Source: Candidatus Hydrogenedentota bacterium (lineage in GTDB: Bacteria > Hydrogenedentota > Hydrogenedentia > Hydrogenedentales > JAEUWI01). Taken from it: a stretch of 64,000 nucleotides of DNA. Shown piece after piece: positions 9,606 to 18,300 of this stretch. Each line of letters opens with the position of its first letter. Within the stretch, counting starts at the first letter, position 1. The position numbers were made by a program, and so were the translations under genes. The stretch spans positions 33,957 to 97,956 of the forward strand of contig JAEUWI010000017.1 of NCBI GenBank assembly GCA_016791475.1, in the 5' to 3' direction. The notes under the pieces are model-generated. The model made no database searches and was not told the DNA's origin. It worked only from the letters and a program-made list of their open reading frames with translations.

Positions 9606-10688
9606 TCAACCGAAGCCGGCCCCGCGGGTAAGGTCGCCCACGAGGAAGGTGCTCAGGGGCCATACGCCGTTGCTGCCGGGACCGTCGGCCGGGTTGACCG
9701 GGGCGCCGTCCTTGTATTTCATGTAGCTGACATGGCCGTCCATGTAGAGTACATTCACGCCGCCGGGGATGTGGTTGAACTGGGCGGTGGAGGAAATGCC
9801 TTCCACCGACTGGCTCTCATTGCCGGACCAGCCGTCCCACATGGTGATGACACTGCTCTGGGCCTTGGCGGAAGCGCCGGCGTTGTTGATGTCCGTGATG
9901 AAGAAGCGCTCGATGCCTTCGCGGCAGATCTTGTAGCCCGCGGGCAGCTTTCCTCCGTTGTCATCGCCCACCGGGAGGAAGCTCAGATAGGTCTGGGGCA
10001 GGTAGGACGCTCCGGCGGGGATGTCGTGCTGGGAGCGGTTCTGCCACTTGACCACGCGACTCCACTCGGGCGGTCCGCCGACCGCCTGCACCTGGGCCGC
10101 GGAGAAACTAATCTCCGGCTGGCTCGGGGTCGCGGGGTCGTTGTACCACCAGCAGGTGCCGTAGTAGGCGTCCATAATCTGGGAGCCCGTGCTTACGGCA
10201 TAGGGCATGTAGAAGTAGGACACCGGCCAGGACAGGATTCCGTGGCGCACGGCATTGGCGGCGGGCGTGTTGCCCTGGATGCTGTTCACCTGGGCGGCGA
10301 TATCCTGCTTGATGCCGACGGAGCCCGTGAACCAGATTGAAGCGCCGTTGGAGATCGGGGGGCGGTCATTGCGCGAATCGGAAGGGCAGATCATGATGTT
10401 GGGATCGGTCCAATACTCGGGATAGAGCGATTCGCTGTCCACGCCCATGGACCAGATCCAGCCGCCCGCGATCCACTGCGAACCCATGGGAAACTTCTGA
10501 CCTTTACTTTCGTTCGCATAGAGCTTGAAGATCAAGCCCCACTGCTTCAGGTTGTTCTGACAACTGGCCCGCCGCGCCGCCTCCCGGGCGCGCGCCAGCG
10601 CCGGGAGCAGAATCGCCGCCAGTATGCCGATGATGGCGATCACCACCAACAGCTCGATCAATGTGAAACCTCGCCTTCTGCCTGCCAT
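9606..10688 (-). CDS. DUF1559 / prepilin-type N-terminal cleavage-methylation domain protein (Planctomycete-type pseudopilin-like)
   Basis: Start [31 protein letters not shown] with AAGGAGAA RBS. Hallmark N-terminal motif of the family. Confidence 0.85.
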   Translation of the reverse strand: MAGRRRGFTLIELLVVIAIIGILAAILLPALARAREAARRASCQNNLKQWGLIFKLYANESKGQKFPMGSQWIAGGWIWSMGVDSESLYPEYWTDPNIMICPSDSRNDRPPISNGASIWFTGSVGIKQDIAAQVNSIQGNTPAANAVRHGILSWPVSYFYMPYAVSTGSQIMDAYYGTCWWYNDPATPSQPEISFSAAQVQAVGGPPEWSRVVKWQNRSQHDIPAGASYLPQTYLSFLPVGDDNGGKLPAGYKICREGIERFFITDINNAGASAKAQSSVITMWDGWSGNESQSVEGISSTAQFNHIPGGVNVLYMDGHVSYMKYKDGAPVNPADGPGSNGVWPLSTFLVGDLTRGAGFG

Positions 10689-10978
10689 GACACGTTCTCC
10701 TTGGTTTGAATCAAGACACCGGATTAAGGAATGAAAACTGACCGTCTTCATTGAAACGCGACAGATCCAGCGGCTTCGCTCCCCGCTGTGACTACCCGGA
10801 GCGATGGTCCGCACCTACCCTCATTTGCCGAACACCACCACGACTTAGTGTATCGACCCAGTCAAATTATCATAAGCCATGCCGCTTGTCAAGCACTTTC
10901 CAAACGAAATAAAAATGAAAACAAAACCCAATAAATCTGCTATTTCCACGCAGGCGAACCCCGCTTGAACGCCCCGTA

Positions 10979-10992
10979 CTATATCGATATAG
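10979..10992. promoter_or_regulatory. Perfect 14-bp palindrome CTATATCGATATAG (plus a nearby ATCGATAC half-site) in the divergent promoter region upstream of the sulfatase gene
   Basis: Seen in sequence, in an AT-rich intergenic region about 60 bp upstream of the 11051 start. Candidate operator. Confidence 0.3.
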
Positions 10993-11050
10993 TCTTTTCT
11001 ATCGATACTGTTGGACCGAATAAGACCATGAGACCGGAGAGGAGACGACC

Positions 11051-12718
11051 GTGATACACTCAAGATCAATTCTCGAACTTTCCACTGCAAAGGGCCGTGA
11101 AATGAGACTGTGCCTGCTTCGCCTCGTCGTCGGACTGACAATCGGCGCGTTCTGCTTCGCCCGTGCCGTGGAAGTTTGCGCCGACGGCAGGCCCAACGTG
11201 CTCCTGATCATGGCGGACGATATGCGGCCGTGGCTCGGCGCTTATGGCGAAAGCGGGCTGCGGACGCCCCACCTGGATCGGCTTGCGGACGCGGGACTGG
11301 TCTTTGAGCGTGCTTACTGCCAGAATGCCGTCTGCGGTCCCTCGCGCGCGAGTCTGCTGACGGGGCTGCGTCCGGACACGACGCGCATCTTCGACAACGA
11401 CACCCATTTCCGCACCCACAACCCGTCGATTGTGACGCTGCCCCAGCTTTTTCGCGAACACGGCTATCGCACGCAGGCGATTGGCAAAATCTTTCACCCC
11501 AGCTTTGCCCAGGCCTATGTCGGCGCGCGGATGGATGACTTACCCTCGTGGAGCGAGCCCACGTGGTATCCTCCGCCCCAGTATTACCACACGGGTAGCG
11601 GGATGGCGCTGGCGGAATCGATCTTTCTGCGCCATCCCGGCTGCGGGATGTATCAGGGCGCCACGTGCATGCACAATCGCCTTCAGGAGGCTGCGGAACT
11701 CACCCCGGCACAGCGGTCGTTGTACGGGGGCGGCGAGTGGAAGCGCCACTTCGTGCAGGCGGCGCTCTGCGAGGCGCCCGACGTGCCCGACAATGAACTG
11801 GGCGACGGACAGATCGCGGACCGGGCGATTGAAGCCTTGCAGCAGATGAAGGGCAAGCCCTTCTTTCTCGCCGTGGGCTTTCTTCGTCCTCATGTTCCCT
11901 TTGTTGCCCCGAAGAAGTACTGGGATCTCTATCAGCGCGAGGCCTTCAGCCCGGTGCGCAATGGGAAGGCCCCGGCCAACCTTTCCCGGGCGACTTACCC
12001 CGCAATGCACGATCACGGGGCTTATGAAGGCGCGCCGCCGGAGGGTCCCCTTGACGACGACAAGGCCCGGGAGCTGATGCACGGTTACGCGGCCTGCGTG
12101 AGCTTTGTGGATGCCCAGGCCGGGCGTGTGCTGGAGGAACTGAAACGTCTCGGCCTTGCGGAGAATACGATCGTGGTCTTTCTGGGCGATCACGGCTATC
12201 ACCTGGGAGAGAATGGTCGCTGGGGGAAGCAAACGTGCTACGAGACAGCGACGCGCGCGCCGCTGATTGTGTCCGCGCCGGGCACGAAGGCGGCCGGGAA
12301 GCACACGAAGGCCCTCGTGGAGTTTGTGGACCTCTTCCCCACGCTGTGCGAACTTGCCGCGCTGCCCGCGCCGGAGCGTCTGGAAGGCAGCAGCTTCGCA
12401 AGGCTGCTGGATACGCCCGAGCGCCCCTGGAAGCGCGCGACCTTCAGCCAGTTTCCCGATCCCGTGCGCGTGAGCCGACCGGAGGTACTCGCCGCGCCGG
12501 GTGATCTTATGGGCCGGACGATCCGCACGGACCGGTATCGGCTCATCGTCTGGGAACACGTGCTGGATCCTGCGAAGGTGGAAGAGGTGGAGCTCTATGA
12601 CTATGTAAGCGATCCCGGCGAGACCACGAACATCGCGGATGACCCCGCCCAGGCGGAGACGCTCGCGGCGATGATGTCGATATTGCGCGAGGGCTGGCGC
12701 GGTTCGGTACCACCGTAA
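11051..12718 (+). CDS. Sulfatase (formylglycine-dependent; iduronate-2-sulfatase-like)
   Basis: C-x-P-x-R motif CGPSRASLLTG; N-terminal signal peptide; GTG start with GGAGAGGAG RBS. An alternative ATG is at 11102. Confidence 0.9.
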   Translation: MIHSRSILELSTAKGREMRLCLLRLVVGLTIGAFCFARAVEVCADGRPNVLLIMADDMRPWLGAYGESGLRTPHLDRLADAGLVFERAYCQNAVCGPSRASLLTGLRPDTTRIFDNDTHFRTHNPSIVTLPQLFREHGYRTQAIGKIFHPSFAQAYVGARMDDLPSWSEPTWYPPPQYYHTGSGMALAESIFLRHPGCGMYQGATCMHNRLQEAAELTPAQRSLYGGGEWKRHFVQAALCEAPDVPDNELGDGQIADRAIEALQQMKGKPFFLAVGFLRPHVPFVAPKKYWDLYQREAFSPVRNGKAPANLSRATYPAMHDHGAYEGAPPEGPLDDDKARELMHGYAACVSFVDAQAGRVLEELKRLGLAENTIVVFLGDHGYHLGENGRWGKQTCYETATRAPLIVSAPGTKAAGKHTKALVEFVDLFPTLCELAALPAPERLEGSSFARLLDTPERPWKRATFSQFPDPVRVSRPEVLAAPGDLMGRTIRTDRYRLIVWEHVLDPAKVEEVELYDYVSDPGETTNIADDPAQAETLAAMMSILREGWRGSVPP

Positions 12719-12837
12719 TGAGTGGATGCGATCTGGTCCACGGAGGCACAGAGAATAGGAATAGAAGACAGCTTGCTGCGTTGCAGGGCTTCGTCGGTCA
12801 TTGGGTCACTTTTGGCACGTCTTCTTGCCGATGTAAT

Positions 12838-12864
12838 GCACGCAAAGGCGCGAAGGCGCAAAGA
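12838..12864. promoter_or_regulatory. Conserved intergenic 27-mer GCACGCAAAGGCGCGAAGGCGCAAAGA (tandem RAAGGCGC 8-mers); a second exact copy lies at 38812..38838 and a partial reverse copy at 36912..36935
   Basis: Exact 27-nt identity between two distant AT-richer intergenic regions upstream of secreted glycan-related genes. Confidence 0.3.
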
Positions 12865-13106
12865 AAAATCAAATTTGACTGTGCCTTAATTGCAGGGGGG
12901 ATCATTGTCGCGGAACGGTTTTTTCCCTCCCCCATCTTCGTGCCCTTCGTATCTTCGTGGTGGAAAAATTTGGTTGCGACCGCAGCCTGCGCTTTGTCCT
13001 CCGTGGTTGAACTGATTTCGATCAGTCTTCCGGACACCGAATTCTATTGATTCGTTTGCACGTTCGCGCGCAGAATATCCGGGTAGTTCCTGGAGAGTAC
13101 CCCGCC

Positions 13107-14696
13107 ATGTTGACCCGAAGAAGTTTCCTGGCACTGTGTGCCGCCGCGGGCTCCACCAGCCTGCCCCTTGCCCCTCAAGCCCTGGTCGCCGAACGCGCTA
13201 TGGCGCGCCGTTATCACCTCTGCCTCACGCCGAAGGCGATGGAAGAAAACCCAGCCCTGCTGGACATTGTGCGACAGGCCGGTGTAACCGATATCTGGCT
13301 GGCCGCCTATTTCTACGGCTATTGGTATGAAACCCCGGAGCGCCTGCGCGCGACGGCGGCGCGCCTTGAATACCTGGGGCTGCGCTGGCACCTGGTCAAT
13401 GTGCCCCTGGGCCATCCCGGTGATTCCCTCGGCGACAAATCGGGCTCGACCGCCCTCACCCCGCCCGCCCACTGGCAGATGGCGCAACGGCCCGATGGCA
13501 CGAAGTATTCCGGCACCTCCCTCCATCCGCCGGCGACGGAAGAGAACGTGGCGGCCCTTGGCCTGCTGGCGGGGCTGAAGCCGGACTGCATTTTCCTCGA
13601 CGACGACTTCCGCCTGGCCACGGGACCCGGCGTCATCGGCGGGTGCTTCTGCGACACCCACCGCAACGATTTTCTGACGCGGCACGGCTATGCCGACGCA
13701 CGCTGGGAAGAACTGCTCGGCGATGTGCGCGACCGGCGCCTCTCGGAGGTGCTTCGCGCGTGGGTGAACTACACCTGCGATCAACTCACCGCCAGCTTCC
13801 GCGCGCAGCAGGCCGCCGCGCCCGAGGTGGCCCTGGGCAATATGATCATGTACCTTGGCGCGGAGAAGGCCGGTATCCGACTTTCCGAATACACGGACGT
13901 GCCCTTTCGTGTGGGAGAGTTGATGTTTCACGACAAGGGCTTCGGCCCGGTCAAAGGCAAGACCGACGAACTTTTCAGCGCCCTCTTTCACCGGCGCTAT
14001 GCCCGGCGGGACCTGGCTTTCAGCGAGACTACGGCCTACCCCGCCGATCAGCTCTCCGCCCGCAACATGGCGGCGAAGCTTGTGGTGTCGACGATCACCG
14101 GTGTGCCCAACACCATGTTCATGTCCGGCCTGACGCCCTTCCCCGCCGCACACTGGGATGTGCTCGCTCCGGCCATGAAAGAGAACGCCCGGATACACGA
14201 CCTGATCGGCGACAGCCGTCCTCAGGGTCCCCTCAAGCATTACTGGGGCGAAGCCGAGCGTTATGTGGGGGAAGACAAACCCTTCAGCCTCTTTCTGGCG
14301 ATGGGGATTCCCTTCGAAGTGACGGACCAGATCGCAACGGATGGATGGACTTTCCTGGCCGATTTCGATGCGCGGAACCTGAGCGAGAAAGCACGCCAGA
14401 CCACTGGCCAGCTCGTGTGCCGCGCCAGCGCGGGCCGGGTGCCCGAAGGCCTGCGCGCCGTGGACGAGTCCCTTGAGGGGCTGTGGGCGCTGAAGCGCGA
14501 GATGCTCCAAGCGGGCCTCGATGTGCCCCATGTGATCGACGAAAAGCCTGTGGTTTGCGCGTGGTATCCGGAAGTGGGCAGCGTGCTGCTCTGGAACCTG
14601 GGCGAGGGCAGAGAGACTTTTCAAGTGCGGTGGCGGGGGTCCAGTGTTCCGGTGGAGGTCGAAGGGCTTGGCGTTGGGATGGTGGGGCTGAGTTAG
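13107..14696 (+). CDS. Tat-exported hypothetical protein
   Basis: Start MLTRRSFLALCAAAGS (twin-arginine motif) with GGAGAG upstream. The antisense ORF 13044..14624 is rejected. Confidence 0.75.
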   Translation: MLTRRSFLALCAAAGSTSLPLAPQALVAERAMARRYHLCLTPKAMEENPALLDIVRQAGVTDIWLAAYFYGYWYETPERLRATAARLEYLGLRWHLVNVPLGHPGDSLGDKSGSTALTPPAHWQMAQRPDGTKYSGTSLHPPATEENVAALGLLAGLKPDCIFLDDDFRLATGPGVIGGCFCDTHRNDFLTRHGYADARWEELLGDVRDRRLSEVLRAWVNYTCDQLTASFRAQQAAAPEVALGNMIMYLGAEKAGIRLSEYTDVPFRVGELMFHDKGFGPVKGKTDELFSALFHRRYARRDLAFSETTAYPADQLSARNMAAKLVVSTITGVPNTMFMSGLTPFPAAHWDVLAPAMKENARIHDLIGDSRPQGPLKHYWGEAERYVGEDKPFSLFLAMGIPFEVTDQIATDGWTFLADFDARNLSEKARQTTGQLVCRASAGRVPEGLRAVDESLEGLWALKREMLQAGLDVPHVIDEKPVVCAWYPEVGSVLLWNLGEGRETFQVRWRGSSVPVEVEGLGVGMVGLS

Positions 14697-14710
14697 GGGC
14701 CGGGAGGGTT

Positions 14711-14796
14711 ATGGGTCGTATGGGTCGTATGGGTCGTATGGGTCGTATGGGTCGTATGGGTCGTATGAGTCGTATGGGTCGTATGGGTCGTATGGA
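14711..14796. repeat. 9-bp microsatellite (ATGGGTCGT)x9.5: 8 perfect units and 1 G>A variant
   Basis: Seen directly in the intergenic region immediately upstream of the blaI-blaR1 promoter. Confidence 0.9.
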
Positions 14797-14820
14797 GTTC
14801 TGGGTCCGGTTGGCCCCCAA

Positions 14821-14878
14821 GTGCTAACCCAGTAGCATTTCCCTTGACAAGCCGCAGCAAGTGCTATATCCTTAGCAC
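14821..14878 (+). promoter_or_regulatory. Putative autoregulated blaI promoter: TTGACA (14844-14849), 16-nt spacer, TATATC (14866-14871), flanked or overlapped by two GTGCTA-N6-TAGCA(C/T) dyads
   Basis: Dyads at 14821-14839 and 14861-14878. BlaI/MecI-family repressors bind paired dyad operators overlapping their own promoter. Confidence 0.45.
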
Positions 14879-14926
14879 ATGGCCGCCGTATGGGCGCGGT
14901 CTGCGGCTGTTAAGGAATCTATCACC

Positions 14927-15316
14927 ATGAACAAATCTACCCCCCTCGATCTCGGGCGGCGCGAGCGCCAGATTATGGAGGCCGTCTATGCCTGCGGCCA
15001 GGCCTCCGTCACCGACGTGCTGGAGGCCATCCCCGACCCGCCCAGCTACTCCACCGTGCGGGCCATCCTCAATTCCCTTGAAGAAAAGGGCCACCTCCAG
15101 CGGAAGAAACTCGGCAAGAAATTTCTCTACGTACCCACGGTCTCCCCCGAGAATGCGCGACACTCTGTACTCAAGCGGATGGTCAGCACCTTCTTCAATG
15201 GGTCCGCCGCCCAGGCCGCCGCGTCCCTCATCGAGATGGATGTAAACAAACTCAGCAACGACGATCTCGACCGGCTGTCGGCCCTGATCGAGGAAGCCAA
15301 GCAGAAGGGGCGCTGA
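14927..15316 (+). CDS. blaI: BlaI/MecI/CopY-family transcriptional repressor (penicillinase-repressor winged helix)
   Basis: 130-aa protein MNKSTPLDLGRRERQIMEAVYACGQASVTDV... with AAGGAA RBS. Stop is 2 nt before the next ATG. Confidence 0.9.
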   Translation: MNKSTPLDLGRRERQIMEAVYACGQASVTDVLEAIPDPPSYSTVRAILNSLEEKGHLQRKKLGKKFLYVPTVSPENARHSVLKRMVSTFFNGSAAQAAASLIEMDVNKLSNDDLDRLSALIEEAKQKGR

Positions 15317-15318
15317 CC

Positions 15319-18300
15319 ATGTGGAATCTACTCCAGGACGAATTGGGCGGCGGCGTGTGGCCGCGCCTGCTGGTGGCGCTGGTGGACACCGGGGCCAAAG
15401 GGCTTATCCTGATGGCTGCGGCAGGCCTGGCCGCGGCGGCACTGCGACGCAACGCCGCCGCGGCACGACACCTCGTGTGGATGCTGGCCCTGTGTGGGTT
15501 GCTGATCCTGCCCGTGGTGTCGCTGATGATGCCGAAGTGGACCCTTCCTATTCTGCCTGCGATTGAGGCCCCCGCCGTGGCGCCGATTGCCGCTACGCCG
15601 CCAATCGCGACGGCACCCGCAGCACCCGTTGTCGTTTCGACGCCCATGACCGAAATCGCGCCAGTGGCACCCAATGTCATCCCCCCTGCGGCACGCAGCG
15701 AGCGGCCAGCCGCGCCAATCGACGCAACGCCGCCTGAATCCGCGCAAGCCCCGATGAACTACGGCGTATGGCTGCTGGCAACGTGGCTCTCTTTCGCCCT
15801 GCTCTCCCTCGCGCCCTTCGCCGCAGGGGTCGTGGCCGTCGCGCGCATGCGCCGCCGCGCTGAAGCCTTTTCCGAGGGCGACCTCCAGGCGCTGGCCACC
15901 GCCCTAGGCCGATGCATCGGCCTGAAGCGTACGGCGCGGCTGTTGCGCAGCCCGGCGGGCTCCATGCCCATGGCCACCGGCTTCATCAAGCCCGCCGTCT
16001 TCCTACCCGACGACGCCCTCGCGTGGTCCGAAGAAAAGCGCCGCGTCGTGCTGCTCCACGAACTCGCGCACGTCAAACGCCGGGACTGCCTGGCCCACGC
16101 CATCGCCCGCACCGCCACCTCCCTCCATTGGTTCAACCCCCTCGCCTGGCTCGCCCTCCGCCAGCTCCGCATCGAGCGCGAACACGCCTGCGACGACCTC
16201 GTCCTCGCCGCCGGCGAACGCCCCTCCGCCTACGCCGAAAACCTCCTCGAAATCGCCCGTACGTTGCGCGCAAGCACCGTCGTCAGCGCCGCCGCCATCA
16301 CCATGGCCCAGAAAAGCCAACTTGAGGGGCGACTGCTGGCGGTCCTCGACGCCGCGCGGAATCGGGGACTCGTCACCCGAAAATTCGCTGTGATTTGTAT
16401 CGCCACCCTAAGCGTGGTCGTGAGTGTGCTGGGTGCCGTGGCCGTAACACGAGAAATTTCCACGACCGGTGATCTCCTGGCTATTGCGAAGCCTGTTAAG
16501 AAGACTTCCCTGGAGAGTTTCTTCGGCGGTTGGAGAAATCTCCCGTTCAAATTGAGCGACGGAGATGCGGAAGCCATCGCCCAGTGTCTCGAACTGACCC
16601 AGAGGTACAACGCAATCCACAACCGTGTGAATCGATACTCACTTCCAGAAGTTCGGGAATCGCTCGAAGCGCTTTTGTCGAAACATCCAGAATTTTTCTA
16701 TGTGGAGCACTTGCTGGGCACCTGGCACCAAATGAATGGCAACACGGCCGTGGCCGAAGACTATTTCCTGCGCTCGTACCGCCACGCTCCCGTGGTGCTC
16801 ATTCAACGTTACGAGCATGCGGACGGAAGTCCGATCGTGGGCGCTGCCATCCGCAAGTTTGAGATCGAGTGCAATCGCGTCCAGGGCGGAAGCTTGGATC
16901 CAAGCCTGAATCTGAAGTACTTCGATTTAACCACGGATTCTGAAGGCTGCGTCTATCTGCCCGTTTATGACACCGTGTACAGGACGAGCACCAGGAGCTT
17001 TCCTGAAGGATTCGACGTTAGTTACCCGAAGCTTGGCTGGTTCGAGAGTCGGGGAAAGGCCGCGATGCTGCCTACGGCGGGCGTGGGAATTGTGGGCGGC
17101 GCGTACGAACAGGCAGTCGCTTCCGACGCAGCGGGAGTGGTCAGGGTAAGCGGCAGGGACTTCCAACTGACCAAGGTGCGGCGCATGGACGCGCCCGAGG
17201 CCTTGGAGCTACTCGAATTCCCCGCATGGCCCCATGAGTTCCCGCACCGCGGCCGATTCCCCGAGTTAGAAGAAGGGGACTGGGATTGCCTGCTCGTCGA
17301 TATCGGCGGAAGGCAACAGTTCCCAAAAGACTTCGACGTGGTTCAGATCCGCGTCTTCGACCACGAAACTCGAAGCGTGCTCTGGGACAGTGATTCGCGC
17401 TATCACAAATTGGAACAGGACGTAGAATTCACGGGCGGTTTCGTTTCCGCTCTCAACAACGCGGTGTTCCTTGCGCGGCGCGGCGGAAAATGGCCCGAAA
17501 ATATCGACCTCTGGTTTCGCGTCGATCTGCTGAAGGATTCGCCGTCCGCCCACCATCACCTCCCCGTCGGCAAGACTGACATGGCCATCACGACCGGGGG
17601 CACCGGTTGGGTCGAAATCGAGGAGGTCCGCGCCGGTTCATGGAACGTCGAGTATTCCGAGGGGGGCGGAGAGGTCACATGGCTCGCGTTGAATCCCGAA
17701 TCGGAATCGCACTGTACCGTGGTGCTCCGGCGCTCGGGTGACTGGGAAGGCGGACGCCTGACGGTTTCCGCCAAGGATCAGCGGGGAAACACCTATTGGC
17801 CGCAATCAATCCACTTCGTGGATTTTGATCGCGCGGAATTAGAAGTGGTGAATTTCCCATTACCTGCAGATCAACTGCTCGAACTCGAATTCGGGCAGGT
17901 CGCGGACCCGACCGACTTTCGGAAGACTTTCTATTTTGACGGGATAGCTCTGGATCCGCTCCTCGCGGCGCCAACGGAAGCCTCTGGCGATAATCCTTCT
18001 ACGGCGAATGCGAGCGGCGATACGCCGATTGCGCTGAACCCACGCACCGAGAGCATACCGGAAAGCCCGGTGAGTCCGGAAACGCAGAATGACAGCGAAC
18101 CCGATGCAGATCGCCCCGACGGTGCGTTCAGCGTCGAATTCCCCGGCGGCTACCGGGCGCACGTCATCGGTGTCGGCGATACAATCGGCGAGGCCAGTGG
18201 TATATTCTGGGCGGCAGACGGTTCTCCAATGGCATTGGCACCGGAGGGAGTAACGGCCGACGTAAGCAACGTCACGCTCCTACCCGAAACCATCGGACGC

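Noticed and set aside
14284-14827. ORFs translating the 9-bp microsatellite (MGRMGRMGR on +, PIRPIRPIR on -)
   Set aside because: This low-complexity translation of a DNA repeat lies in the blaI promoter region. There is no start context. I treat it as a non-coding microsatellite.
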